64,000 bases of DNA from an uncultured Chthonomonadaceae bacterium (GCA_963835065.1 CAWIEK010000011.1:96001-160000), one strand, 5' to 3'. Counted from the first letter of the stretch, positions 1-10,150 are shown. Numbers and translations are program-made. Notes: generated by a model from the sequence alone, not told the origin.

Positions 1-1
1 C

Positions 2-151
2 ATTGACCGCAATTCCGTTTTCGGCGTCACGCGCCACAATCTGCCCGGCCAGGACGAATTCGACGCCCGCCAAATTTCCCTGCCCGTCCATGAAGGCTTG
101 AGCGACGCGGATATCCACCACATTGTAGAAACGATTCGTTCAGGCTGGTAG
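2..151 (+). CDS. 3' end of DegT/DnrJ/EryC1/StrS sugar aminotransferase (partial)
   Basis: Frame 2 reads IDRNSVF...QISLPVHEGLSDADIHHIVETIRSGW*; the 'SLP.H..L....I..I' C-terminus is typical of this family; polysaccharide-cluster context. Confidence 0.7.
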   Translation: MDRNSVFGVTRHNLPGQDEFDARQISLPVHEGLSDADIHHIVETIRSGW

Positions 152-158
152 AAGAGGA

Positions 159-261
159 TTGTCTTGAACCATGATTTCACATGATTAGGATGATTATCAT
201 GATTGAGTACCCGTCTCATCATGTAATCATTGTAATCATGTGAAATCATGGTTCAAGACAA
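159..261. repeat. Intergenic inverted repeat built of ATGATT-containing ~9-mers
   Basis: TTGTCTTGAACCATGATTTCACATGATTA ... TAATCATGTGAAATCATGGTTCAAGACAA; same ends as 2838-3036. Confidence 0.85.
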
Positions 262-282
262 AGACGCGAGGGAGTCTTAATT

Positions 283-1290
283 ATGACCGCGACAGAAATC
301 ATACGGGCAACGAACTCCGAAGAGTTTACATTACGGTGCGCCCGCAACAATCAGACGGACGGCGAGCGTTTTTGCGCCCTGTCCAATTCGCTGTACGCGC
401 GCAAAGTGGATTTGGCCTATTACTGCTGGCAGTTCTTCGGCGGGCCTTTTCCGAGTGTGTTGAGTATGGCGTATGCGTCCAATGGCGATCTGGCGGGGTG
501 TTACGGGTTTCAGTTGCGTTCTGTTGCAGGGAACAGCATCAAGATTGGGTCGGCAATAGATATTATGATTGCGCCCGCCTTTCAGGGCAAAGGATTATTT
601 CGCCGACTTGCCCATCATGCGTTAGGGCAGTTGTGTGTTTATAACCCGGCTGCCGTGTTCGTGATGGCAAATGCGCGCGCCGGGCAGGTACATGCGCGCG
701 GGCTTGGATGGCAGGAGGTGACAACACTACAGGATTGGATAATTAGTTCTATGGCGCTGCCTGCGGTTGATTCCAATGTTCGCCTGCTGCCGCTTGCGAA
801 ATTAGGAACCAACGAAGACGCTTATTTGCGCGCGGCTGCCGCGCGGCGGGGCAAAGTGAGCATAGGGTTGGCACGCGATGCCGCGTTATGGCAGTGGCGG
901 TTTCTGGACAACCCGCGCTATCGCTACGAACTGTTCCGGGCGGAGCATCAGGGCGAGTTAATTGGATTGTTGGCGCTGAAATTGTTTACAGACCCGGTGA
1001 CGGGTGAGCGTTTTGGCGATATTGTAGACATCGCCTGGCGCGAAGAAGACGCCGCAACGCTTCCCGCGTTGCTGACGGGCGCGGCAAACCATTTACGCAA
1101 TCAGGGCGCGCAGCAAATCTCCACCTGGCTGCAAACCAACACGGAACTCGATGAAGCGGGGCGGCAAATGGGATTTCAGCCTACCACGCGGCAGCGGCAT
1201 CTGGTGTGCAAAGTTCTGAACGCTGATTGCGCCTGGCTGGAAGACCCTACGCGCTGGCGCGCGACAATGGCAGATACGGAAATGTACTGA
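283..1290 (+). CDS. GNAT-family acetyltransferase (tandem GNAT)
   Basis: DIMIAPAFQGKGLF acetyl-CoA-binding motif; WRFLDNPRYRY. Confidence 0.8.
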   Translation: MTATEIIRATNSEEFTLRCARNNQTDGERFCALSNSLYARKVDLAYYCWQFFGGPFPSVLSMAYASNGDLAGCYGFQLRSVAGNSIKIGSAIDIMIAPAFQGKGLFRRLAHHALGQLCVYNPAAVFVMANARAGQVHARGLGWQEVTTLQDWIISSMALPAVDSNVRLLPLAKLGTNEDAYLRAAAARRGKVSIGLARDAALWQWRFLDNPRYRYELFRAEHQGELIGLLALKLFTDPVTGERFGDIVDIAWREEDAATLPALLTGAANHLRNQGAQQISTWLQTNTELDEAGRQMGFQPTTRQRHLVCKVLNADCAWLEDPTRWRATMADTEMY

Positions 1291-1291
1291 G

Positions 1292-1345
1292 TTCGGCGTT
1301 GGGTATTCGGTGTTCAGGTATTCGGGTGTTCAGGTGTTCGGGCAT
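1292..1345 (+). repeat. Tandem GGTGTTC(G/A) 7-8-mer array (single arm)
   Basis: gttcggcgttgggtattcggtgttcaggtattcgggtgttcaggtgttcgg; same unit as the hairpin at 31379-31491. Confidence 0.75.
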
Positions 1346-1409
1346 ACGGATTATTGCCTGTGTGGTTGTGAATGTGGGTTTGCAAGCCCATTGCAAGGTG
1401 AGGTGAGCG

Positions 1410-2837
1410 TTGTCAGTTGTTGCTGCGAAACAGGCCGGTAGCGTAAGTCGGGGTAGGGCGCGCGCTCCCGGTCTGGTCACGAATCTGCTGGCGGTGGGTG
1501 GTACAACCGTCTTGATACGCCTGCTGAATTTGGTGATTCTCAGTTATGCGGGGCGTGTGCTTGGGCCGGACAGCTTTGGAAAATGGGGTTTTGCCGTTGC
1601 GGTTGTGGCGTATGCGTCCATGCTGCTGTCGCCGGGAATGGCGCAGTGGGGAACGCGGGCGGTGGCGCAGGATCATGGCCGCGCCAGCCGCACCCTCGTG
1701 GAAATTAACGGCATTCAGTTTGTTCTCGCCTGCCTTGCGTATGCCGGGCTGGTGGGCGCAGCCGCGTGTTTCTGGCAGGATGCGATTTTGCGCCCGTTGA
1801 TTCTGGTGCAGGGCGCGTCGCTGTTTGTGGTGGCGGTTTCGGTAGATTGGGTGTTCAACGGGTTCGAGCAGATGCGCGTTCCCGCCCTGCTCAATCTGCT
1901 GAATTATGCGCTGCAAGTGGCGGGCTATCTGCTGTGGGTGCGGCGTCCCGAACACCTGCTGCGTTTTGCCCTCATCGGCCTGGTATGCAGCCTGTTAACA
2001 ACGCTGATGGGCTATGTCGCCCTGCGCAAACTGGTTCGCCTGGCGTTTGTGGTTCCCGAATGGAAAAGCGTGACAAGTACGCTGCGCCAGTCCCTGCCCC
2101 TGGGCGCGACAATGGCGCTTGCTCTTGCCCTGCGCCACGCCAATACGCTCAGTGTGGAGCATGTCTGCGCGCCCGCGATGTTGGGCTGTTTCCTGGCCGC
2201 GTTTCGCATTTTTGAATTGACGACCACGCTGCCCAATACGCTTGTAGCCGTGTTCCTGCCGCGCCTGGCCCGCCTGGTGACGCATGACCGCGAAGGCGCG
2301 AAGACGCAGGCGCAATTTTTCGCCCGCATCAACATGACGCTCGGCTTCGGCATGGCCGCGCTGGTTGCGGCGGAAGCGCCTGCAATCATTCAACTGATCT
2401 ACGGGACGCGCTACGCCGATGCCGCGCTGCTGCTGCGCGTGATGTCGGTTGGCATTGTTTTCAACCACGCCGTCTTTGGTTACACCAATTGCCTGATTCC
2501 GTTCGGCAAAGACCGCGCCCTATTGCGCTGCGTGGCGGCTTCCGCCTGCCTGTCTTTTGCCGGCAGCCTGCTGCTGGTTCCGCGCATGGGCGCAGTGGGC
2601 GCGGCCCTGACGATTGCGGGATTGGACCTGCTGGCATGGGCGTCCACCCTGCGCGATTACCGCCGCGCCATCGGCGGCCTGCAAATGCAAAATTGGCTCG
2701 CGCCCCTGTGCGGAAGCGTCCTGCTGCTGTGCGCATCCCTGGCATTGCAGCATACGAACATGCCCCTGTTTGCCCGCCTGCCCGTCTGTGTGTTACTGTA
2801 TCTGCCCTGCGCCCTTCCCCTGCTGCGTAAGTCGTAA
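1410..2837 (+). CDS. wzx: Wzx-type polysaccharide flippase
   Basis: Many hydrophobic segments; 'RVLGPDSFG', 'IIQLIYGTRYADAALLLRV', 'LVPRMGAVGAA' motifs. Confidence 0.85.
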   Translation: MSVVAAKQAGSVSRGRARAPGLVTNLLAVGGTTVLIRLLNLVILSYAGRVLGPDSFGKWGFAVAVVAYASMLLSPGMAQWGTRAVAQDHGRASRTLVEINGIQFVLACLAYAGLVGAAACFWQDAILRPLILVQGASLFVVAVSVDWVFNGFEQMRVPALLNLLNYALQVAGYLLWVRRPEHLLRFALIGLVCSLLTTLMGYVALRKLVRLAFVVPEWKSVTSTLRQSLPLGATMALALALRHANTLSVEHVCAPAMLGCFLAAFRIFELTTTLPNTLVAVFLPRLARLVTHDREGAKTQAQFFARINMTLGFGMAALVAAEAPAIIQLIYGTRYADAALLLRVMSVGIVFNHAVFGYTNCLIPFGKDRALLRCVAASACLSFAGSLLLVPRMGAVGAALTIAGLDLLAWASTLRDYRRAIGGLQMQNWLAPLCGSVLLLCASLALQHTNMPLFARLPVCVLLYLPCALPLLRKS

Positions 2838-3036
2838 CTGTCTTGAACCATGATTTATGTGATTTTGATGATTACCATGATTAGGACTGGTACGCCTGGT
2901 CGTCTCTCATTTTAGGCGAGTCAGCATGAAAACGCTGCCAGAACCATGATTTTCAGGATTTATGTGATTATCATGATTGAGGAGGCGCGTTCCTCATGGT
3001 AATCATCAAAATCACATAAATCATGGTTCAAGACAG
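2838..3036. repeat. Palindromic element with 43-bp perfect terminal inverted repeat between convergent genes
   Basis: CTGTCTTGAACCATGATTTATGTGATTTTGATGATTACCATGA at 2838 and its exact reverse complement ending at 3036; a third degenerate arm at ~2941-2980. Confidence 0.9.
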
Positions 3037-3040
3037 CGTT

Positions 3041-4441
3041 TTATGCCGCGAGAACAAGGGCGTAATCGTCCGTTGCGTTCGGCTGTGTATGAGAGGAAGA
3101 AAGCGTTAAGAGGGATTGCATGGGGGTTGGCGTGTGCCAGAGAGTAAGCGGGTCAATCAGTATCTTGGAACGCAGTTGCTCCGAGGGAATCTGGTGAAAG
3201 ACCTCATGGCCTACCAGACCAACGACAATAGCGCTTCTTTCCAGCGCGTGTTCCAGCGTGACGAAATGGAGGTTCGGGTATGCGGCTAAAGCGAGGGGCA
3301 GGCGGCACAGGTGCGGCTCCACAACGTACAACGGCGTGGAGGTAACTGAAGCGAGATGCTCTATGATTTCCATGGCGGGGGACTCGCGTATATCGTCCAC
3401 ATCCGGCTTGTAACTCAGGCCGAGCAGCGCGACGGGTTTGCCGGGATGCTGCCGCATCGTTTGCAGTATCTCGTCGACCACCTGTTGCGGGCGGGCGTTG
3501 TTGATAGCGCGGGCGGCGCGCAGTAAGGGCGCGTGATCGGGCGCGGCGTGGACAATGAACCAGGGGTCAATGGGGATGCAATGCCCGCCGACGCCGATAC
3601 CGGGCGCGTGGATGTTGACGCGGGGATGGTGGTTCGCCAGGCGTATCGCGGCCTGGCTGTCAATGCCCAATTGGGCGCAAATGGCGGCAAGTTCGTTGGC
3701 AAGGGCGATATTTACGTCACGGAACGTGTTTTCCATCAGTTTGCACATTTCCGCGGTGGTGGCGTCAGTGAGAAGCAGTTCGCCGCTTGCAAAGCGGGCG
3801 TACAGGCGGGCCGCGCGCTGCGTTGCCTGGGGCGTTGTGCCGCCGATAACGCGGTCGTTGGCGACAATCTCCTGTAAAATGCGCCCCGGAATCACGCGCT
3901 CCGGGCAATGCGCCAGGTCGTAATCCCGGCCATGCTGCAAGCCTGTCAAACCATAAAGCAGGGGCGCGATCACATTCAGGCAAGTCTTTGGCGGCACGGT
4001 GGATTCCAGCACGATGAGATCGCCGCGTTTCAAAACCGTGGCAACCGTCCGCGTGGCCGCTTCCACATAACTTAAATCTGGCGCAATGGTTCCGTCCGCT
4101 TCCTCAGTAAACGGCGTAGGAACGGCCAGAATATGTACGTCCGCCGGTTCCGGCTGGATGGCGGCGCGAAGCGCGCCGCGCGCAATCGCGGCGTCTACCA
4201 GATGGTTCAGGCCGGGTTCCTGAATATGGACATCGCCCCGATTGATTTTGGCAACCACGTCAGGGCAGATGTCCACTCCTAATACATTACACCCAACCGT
4301 AGCGAACGTGGCCGCTGTGGGCAGCCCGATGTAGCCCAAGCCATAAACATTGATAACCGTTGGCTTGACGCCCACTTCAGTAACCGCTTCAACGATTGGT
4401 TCCAGAATTGATTCCCTGTTGGATGTTCCGCCTCGCTTCAA
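3041..4441 (-). CDS. wecC: UDP-N-acetyl-mannosamine/nucleotide-sugar dehydrogenase
   Basis: GLGYIGLPTA, CPERVIPG, KLMENTFRDVNIA, GVGGHCIPIDP, YKPDVDDIRESP; exact start uncertain. Confidence 0.85.
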   Translation of the reverse strand: MKRGGTSNRESILEPIVEAVTEVGVKPTVINVYGLGYIGLPTAATFATVGCNVLGVDICPDVVAKINRGDVHIQEPGLNHLVDAAIARGALRAAIQPEPADVHILAVPTPFTEEADGTIAPDLSYVEAATRTVATVLKRGDLIVLESTVPPKTCLNVIAPLLYGLTGLQHGRDYDLAHCPERVIPGRILQEIVANDRVIGGTTPQATQRAARLYARFASGELLLTDATTAEMCKLMENTFRDVNIALANELAAICAQLGIDSQAAIRLANHHPRVNIHAPGIGVGGHCIPIDPWFIVHAAPDHAPLLRAARAINNARPQQVVDEILQTMRQHPGKPVALLGLSYKPDVDDIRESPAMEIIEHLASVTSTPLYVVEPHLCRLPLALAAYPNLHFVTLEHALERSAIVVGLVGHEVFHQIPSEQLRSKILIDPLTLWHTPTPMQSLLTLSSSHTQPNATDDYALVLAA

Positions 4442-4750
4442 CGGCGGCTGCGTCCGACCTTCGATGACAGCTTCGATGACTTTGCTCCTCCCGGCTTACG
4501 CGCCGAATGATTCCCTGTAATTATTGGTAAATTCTATCGGGTTTTGAAGCAGGAATGTGTTCCCGCTTGCCTGCATTGCCTTGCAAAGCGTTTTCTGCTG
4601 CCCCGCAGACTTACCGGCCTCTTGGCCTGCATAATTCCCCTTGAATTTGGCGGGCAAGTTGCCAATACTACACTTGGGACGTGTTTGCGCACCTTTCCCC
4701 TGACTGTTGTTACTTTTGCATTTGGTTTCTCCCCACTTCGGAGTTGCATT

Positions 4751-5572
4751 ATGTCCACTGACCCCAAAATATCTGTCGTGATCGCCACCTGGAACCGCGC
4801 GCCATACCTAAAACGGATGCTGGATCGCTTGTTCGAGGACGATTACTCCAATCTGGAAGTGATTGTCGCCGATGGCGGCTCCAATGACGGAACCGTTGAC
4901 GTGTTGAAATCCTATGGCAGCCGCATCGCTTTCTGGCTGTCGGAGCCGGATGAGGGCGAATTTAACGCTTACAACAAAGTGATTCCGCGCGCATCGGGGG
5001 AAATCGTCAAGATCATGACCGACGATGATACCCTGCGTCCCGGAGCCATGCGCCTGGCGGCAGATTTCTTCGCAAAGAACCCCGACATAGACATCATGTT
5101 CGCGCAGGCGGCATTGTGGGAGGAGCGCGACGGCGCATCGCGGTTTCTGTACGAAACCCACATTACCGACCCTGACTGCTTATCCCTGCGCAGTTGGCTG
5201 CGCGGCACGGAGGGAGTTTCCAGTCCCACCGCGTTTGTGCGGCGGCAAGTCTTCGACAAAATCGGCCTGCTGCCGGAAGACTGCGCGTGTGGCGACGTGG
5301 AGTTTTGGACGCGGGCGGCATACAGCGGCCTGCGCATGGGACTGATTCCTAACGTGATTTTCGATTACTACTTTACGGGGCAAAACGGCACGTTTACGCG
5401 AGGCCGCGCCCTGATTAAAGACCGCCTGACGTTCGTGCGCCGCTACGGCAGCCGCAAGGACGTGCTGTGCGTCCGCGCCACCCACGCGGTCGGCAGCCTG
5501 GGCAAAAAAGTTGGCTTTCGCCCCCTGCGCTGGCTGCGGATGTGGAGGTCGAGAAAGTGGCAGGTGGTATGA
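4751..5572 (+). CDS. Family 2 glycosyltransferase
   Basis: ISVVIATWNR, DGGSNDGT, SEPDEG; start placed at the ATG of MSTDPK. Confidence 0.85.
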   Translation: MSTDPKISVVIATWNRAPYLKRMLDRLFEDDYSNLEVIVADGGSNDGTVDVLKSYGSRIAFWLSEPDEGEFNAYNKVIPRASGEIVKIMTDDDTLRPGAMRLAADFFAKNPDIDIMFAQAALWEERDGASRFLYETHITDPDCLSLRSWLRGTEGVSSPTAFVRRQVFDKIGLLPEDCACGDVEFWTRAAYSGLRMGLIPNVIFDYYFTGQNGTFTRGRALIKDRLTFVRRYGSRKDVLCVRATHAVGSLGKKVGFRPLRWLRMWRSRKWQVV

Positions 5573-6843
5573 ACAAGCGCATTGTATTCCTGCGCGCCAA
5601 CGCGATTGCGCCGTGTCCGCGCGTGGAAAAGCCCGCATTGGCATTGCAGCAGATGGGGTTTGGGGCGCAGATTGTGGGCTGGGATCGGCAGGGCGTGGGG
5701 AGTGAAGCCGCGCGTAATGCGGTTCCTGTCACGCGCCTGGCGATACCTTCGGCGTTTGGCAGCGGCATCCGCAATCTGGTTCCCCTGCTGCGCTGGCATG
5801 GCGCATTAACGCGCTGGCTGTTCGCCAATCGCCGCGAGTATGACGGCATACAGGCGTGTGACCTGGACACGGTTGTCCCCGCGCTGCTGGCAAAAACGCT
5901 GTTAGGCAAGCGCGTGGTCTACGACATTGCCGACTTTTACGTGGAATCGCGCTACATCCCGCGCCCCCTGCAAGCCTTTGTACGCCGCCTGGAATGGTGG
6001 GCCATGCGCCGCGCCGACGCCGTAATCCTCGCCGACGAGAGCCGCCGCGCCCAATTGGGAGCCGTGCAACCCCGCCGGTTGGAGTTTATTTATAACACGC
6101 CGCCCGCGTTAGGAAGAGGGGGAGAAAAGGAGAAGAGGAGAAGAGGAGAAGAGGATTCACAATCGCCAATCGGCAGTCGTCAATCGGTAATGGATTCATC
6201 ACTCATCACTCATCACTCATCACTGTCTTCTCCCTCAACCCTCAACCCTCAACCCTCAACGCTTCGAATCGGCTTCGTCGGCATCCTGTCGGTTGTGCGG
6301 GGACTGGAACAACTGATTGAGGTGGTGGGTCGGAATTGTGGCTGGCATCTTACGCTGGGGGGCTTTGGTGAGGATGAGGCGCGGTTGAAGGCGCGGGCCG
6401 AAGGCGTTGCCAACATTGATTTTCTGGGGCGCGTGGAGTATGCGCGTTGCCTGGAAATCTATGAGGGCGTGGACGCGATTGTGATTACTTACGACCCCGC
6501 TATTCCCAACCATCGCTGTTCCAGTCCTAATAAATTGTTTGAGGCCATGATGCTCGGCAAGCCGGTTGTCGTGGCGGAAAATACGGGCATGGACGCGCTG
6601 GTAAGGCAATACGATCTCGGTCTGGTGGTTCCCTATGGGGATGTGGCTGCATTGGAGCGCGCGCTGGCGGAAATCGCCGGTTGGGATGAGGCGCAAAAAC
6701 AGGCGTTCGCCGAACGCGCCCGCGACACGTACCGACAGCATTTCAGTTGGGAGTTGATGGAGTCCCGGCTGCTTTCCCTCTACGCTTCCGTGTTTAACGC
6801 CCATGATACTTCTGTTCGCTCTGCTATCGCTGCTGCTCGCTAA
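5569..6843 (+). CDS. Family 4 (GT-B) glycosyltransferase with repeat-derived in-frame insertion
   Basis: PNKLFEAMMLGKPVV; ATGA overlap with upstream stop; low-complexity insert at ~6111-6260. Confidence 0.85.
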   Translation: MNKRIVFLRANAIAPCPRVEKPALALQQMGFGAQIVGWDRQGVGSEAARNAVPVTRLAIPSAFGSGIRNLVPLLRWHGALTRWLFANRREYDGIQACDLDTVVPALLAKTLLGKRVVYDIADFYVESRYIPRPLQAFVRRLEWWAMRRADAVILADESRRAQLGAVQPRRLEFIYNTPPALGRGGEKEKRRRGEEDSQSPIGSRQSVMDSSLITHHSSLSSPSTLNPQPSTLRIGFVGILSVVRGLEQLIEVVGRNCGWHLTLGGFGEDEARLKARAEGVANIDFLGRVEYARCLEIYEGVDAIVITYDPAIPNHRCSSPNKLFEAMMLGKPVVVAENTGMDALVRQYDLGLVVPYGDVAALERALAEIAGWDEAQKQAFAERARDTYRQHFSWELMESRLLSLYASVFNAHDTSVRSAIAAAR

Positions 6844-8098
6844 CGGCTTGCGGTTTGCATCGTTGGCCCGCCCCGCGCTTGGCGCGGCATTGCTGCTGCT
6901 CGGCTATTACGCGGGCTGGCTGTGGCTGCTGCAAACCAATCTGAGCGCGTACAGTCCCGACGGCACGTATGGCAGCGATGCGCGCTACTACTGGCAGTGC
7001 ATGCAAAGCGTGGCGCACGGTTTTACCCGCGCTTCCAACCACGACGGCAGGGTATACGTCTGGTGGGGCGCGCAGATTTTGCAAACCGCGCCCGAAGCCG
7101 TGATCTGGGTGAAAATCGGCAATCTGCTGCTGACGTGCAATGCGTTTTTGTTCGTGTTCGGGCTGATTGCGCGGCGGTTTCCCGACGCCACGCCCCGTAC
7201 AATGCGCCTGCTGTTGTGGACAACCTGGATTGCGTTCGCCAACGGCGTTGTGGTCTGGATGGTGATTCGCAACATCAAGGAAAACCTGCTGCTGGCATTG
7301 CTGACGGGCTATATTGCCGCCGTTGTCAGCATTACGGATAGCGCGCGCCTGAGCCGAACCGCAAAAACGCTATTGATAACGCTGCTGACGGTCAGCGCCG
7401 TGTGGCCTTTGGAAAACATACGTCCGTTCGGGGGCGCGTTCGCTTCCATTTTCCTGGCCGCGCACCTGCTGCGCCTGTGCCTGCTGCAATCGCGCAGCCG
7501 CAAGCGCCGTTTTGTCGGCAAAATGATCCTCGCCGCCGCGGGATTGGGCATAGGACTGCTGACCGTAAAGCCGGATTTGTTTGAAGCGCTTGCGGGCGCG
7601 GAGCGCGTGAAAACCCTGGAAGCGTTCGGAGCCTTGCAGCAAACCACGTCAGGCACGGCGGTGGAAAGCGCGACGCAGGCGTTCGGCAGAACGGGCGCGT
7701 TTCCCTTTTACGTGGTTCGTTTCGTGACGGGGCCGGGACCGATACGCGCCGCGCAGCAATTGGCGACAGGGGATATGTTTGTCGTGTCGGCGCGGGTGGG
7801 GGATGCCGCCGTATTGGAAGGGTGTCTCCAATGGTGGCTTACGCTGGCTATTTGCGGCATGGTCTGGTTTCAGCGCCCGCGCGCCCTGCGCGATACCCTG
7901 CGCCGCACCTACGATATGGCCGCGCCCTCGCTGGCCGTAATCGTCGCGTATTCCTTTATTTATCAGGGCACGGGCGACACGCGGCACAGAGCGTTTTTGT
8001 ACTGCCTGTTAGCCTGCGTCCTCGTTCCCGCGCAAGTGCTGGCCTTGCAGCGCCGTATTGTCACTGCGCCGCAGCGTGAATTGGCGTTCAGCGTTTAA
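6803..8098 (+). CDS. Polytopic membrane protein, probable Wzy polymerase
   Basis: About 10 hydrophobic segments, 'SDARYY', 'RNIKE', 'TRHR'; located in a Wzx cluster. Confidence 0.6.
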   Translation: MILLFALLSLLLANGLRFASLARPALGAALLLLGYYAGWLWLLQTNLSAYSPDGTYGSDARYYWQCMQSVAHGFTRASNHDGRVYVWWGAQILQTAPEAVIWVKIGNLLLTCNAFLFVFGLIARRFPDATPRTMRLLLWTTWIAFANGVVVWMVIRNIKENLLLALLTGYIAAVVSITDSARLSRTAKTLLITLLTVSAVWPLENIRPFGGAFASIFLAAHLLRLCLLQSRSRKRRFVGKMILAAAGLGIGLLTVKPDLFEALAGAERVKTLEAFGALQQTTSGTAVESATQAFGRTGAFPFYVVRFVTGPGPIRAAQQLATGDMFVVSARVGDAAVLEGCLQWWLTLAICGMVWFQRPRALRDTLRRTYDMAAPSLAVIVAYSFIYQGTGDTRHRAFLYCLLACVLVPAQVLALQRRIVTAPQRELAFSV

Positions 8099-8169
8099 CG
8101 CCCGAATATATTTGCGTCCATTCGCGTGTATTTGCGGCTAAATTCGTCCCGATGAGAAGGGGTTCTTTG

Positions 8170-9426
8170 ATGAAAACATTACAGATTGTTGGCGATTCCA
8201 AGTTCGGCGGGGCGACGATTTTGCTGCTGGAATGGTGTCGGTTTCTGCGTGAGCAGGGCTGCGAAGTGGATGTGCTGACGACGGACGCGACCACGCGCGA
8301 GCGCCTGCTGGCAATCCCCGGCGTGAAGGTTATTGACGACATTCTGATTCCGCGCGATGTGTCGCCGGGGCAAGACTTACGCGCCTTGACGCAGTTGGTA
8401 GCGCGCCTGCGCCGCAATCGCTATGACGTGGCGCATACGTATACGGCTGTGCCCGGTTTCTTGGGACGGCTGGCCGCGCGCCTGGCGGGCGTACCTGTCA
8501 TTTTGCACCATCAGGCCGGCTGGACAGTCAACGAATTCTCCTCCGGCATCAAGCGCCTTGTGTTTTCGCGCCTGGAATACCTGGCAACCGCCCTGTCCAC
8601 CCGCGCCATCTGCGTCAGCCACGCGACTATGCAGCAGGCGCAAACGGAACGCCTTGCTCCCCTGAGCAAACTCGTCACCATCTGCAACGGCATTGACGCG
8701 GAACCGTTCATTAGGGAACAGGGAACAGGGAACAGGGAACAGGGAACAGAAGACAATGCTGAACGCGGAATGATGAATGATGAATACTATGCAGCATCCC
8801 ACTCATCACTCATCACTCAGCACTCATCACTCCCCAACACCCTCCTCATCGGCAACAGCGGGCGGTTGGCGGCGCAGAAGGACAATGTGACGCTGCTGCG
8901 CGCCCTGCCGATCTTGCAAACCTTGCTGCCCGATACGAACATTCGGCTGCGGTTGGCGGGGGATGGGCCGGAAATGGCGAACTTGCGAACGCTTGCTGAC
9001 GAGTTGGGCTTGACAGAGAGTGTGGAGTTTTTGGGGTTTACCCGCGACATTCCCGCGTTTTTGCAATCGCTGGATGTGTTTGTCAGTCCGTCATTGCGGG
9101 AAGGCTTGTCTATCGCCCTGCTGGAAGCGATGGCTGCCGGATTGCCGATTGTCACCACGTCCATTGCGCCCAACGCGGAATTGATCCAACACGATGTCAC
9201 GGGGCAGATCGTGCCCCTTCGCTCACCGCAGGCGGTTGCGCAGGCGATAGCGCGTTTTGTTGAGAGTACCTCCTTAGCCGAACGCTGTGGGGCTAATGCG
9301 CGCGAACGCGCGGTGAAACGCTACACGATTTCGCGCATGTGCCGCGAAACCTGGGACTTGTACCAAACGCTGTCGGCAGAAAAGCAAACCTACAGCCCAC
9401 CCGCTCACGCCACGCTGCCGGTCTGA
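8170..9426 (+). CDS. Family 4 glycosyltransferase with repeat-derived in-frame insertion
   Basis: GRLAAQK, PSLREGLSIALLEAMAAGLPIV; insert at ~8712-8835. Confidence 0.88.
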   Translation: MKTLQIVGDSKFGGATILLLEWCRFLREQGCEVDVLTTDATTRERLLAIPGVKVIDDILIPRDVSPGQDLRALTQLVARLRRNRYDVAHTYTAVPGFLGRLAARLAGVPVILHHQAGWTVNEFSSGIKRLVFSRLEYLATALSTRAICVSHATMQQAQTERLAPLSKLVTICNGIDAEPFIREQGTGNREQGTEDNAERGMMNDEYYAASHSSLITQHSSLPNTLLIGNSGRLAAQKDNVTLLRALPILQTLLPDTNIRLRLAGDGPEMANLRTLADELGLTESVEFLGFTRDIPAFLQSLDVFVSPSLREGLSIALLEAMAAGLPIVTTSIAPNAELIQHDVTGQIVPLRSPQAVAQAIARFVESTSLAERCGANARERAVKRYTISRMCRETWDLYQTLSAEKQTYSPPAHATLPV

Positions 9427-9430
9427 TTCC

Positions 9431-10150
9431 GTGGAGGATTGTATTGTAATGGATAGTTCTCATTTGATGGACGAGGTGAATGTCGCAGACGTCGCGCGCA
9501 ACGGCGTCGGGTTGACGGGTTCACCGGAAAGTTCAAGCGAAAAGGGCTTGCGTGTCGCCGGGTGGCAGGCGGGAATGAAGCGCGGGCTGGATATTTCGGT
9601 TTCGCTGCTGCTGCTTGCCGCGCTCAGTCCGCTTCTGCTGCTGATCGGGCTGGCGGTGCGCCTGACTTCCCCCGGCCCCGTTTTGTTTCGCCAGAAGCGG
9701 TTGGGGCGCAAGGGCGCGATCTTTGCGATCTGCAAGTTTCGCACCATGCGCAATGATGCGCCGGACATTCGCAACGCGGACGGCTCGGCGTTCAGCAGCG
9801 AACACGATCCGCGCGTCACGCCGATTGGCAAATGGCTGCGCAAAACCAGCCTGGACGAACTGCCGCAGTTTCTAAATGTGCTGGCGGGCAGTATGAGTCT
9901 GGTCGGCCCGCGTCCCGATCAGGCGGATCAACTGGCGTATTATACGGAAGCGGAAAAACAGCGGTTGGCGGTCAAGCCGGGAATTACGGGATTGGCGCAG
10001 ATCAGCGGGCGCAATCTGCTGTCCTGGGAAGCGCGGAAGCAGTTGGACATTACGTATGTGCGGCAATGGTCGCTGCGTCTCGATCTCATAATTTTGGCGC
10101 GAACTCTGCCGTACGTCCTGCTTCAGCGCGGCGTTAATGCGCAGGGGTAG
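9431..10150 (+). CDS. Priming sugar transferase (undecaprenyl-phosphate glycosylphosphotransferase)
   Basis: KFRTM, DPRVTPIGKWLRKTSLDELPQFLNVLAGSMSLVGPRP, KPGITGLAQ. Confidence 0.92.
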   Translation: MEDCIVMDSSHLMDEVNVADVARNGVGLTGSPESSSEKGLRVAGWQAGMKRGLDISVSLLLLAALSPLLLLIGLAVRLTSPGPVLFRQKRLGRKGAIFAICKFRTMRNDAPDIRNADGSAFSSEHDPRVTPIGKWLRKTSLDELPQFLNVLAGSMSLVGPRPDQADQLAYYTEAEKQRLAVKPGITGLAQISGRNLLSWEARKQLDITYVRQWSLRLDLIILARTLPYVLLQRGVNAQG

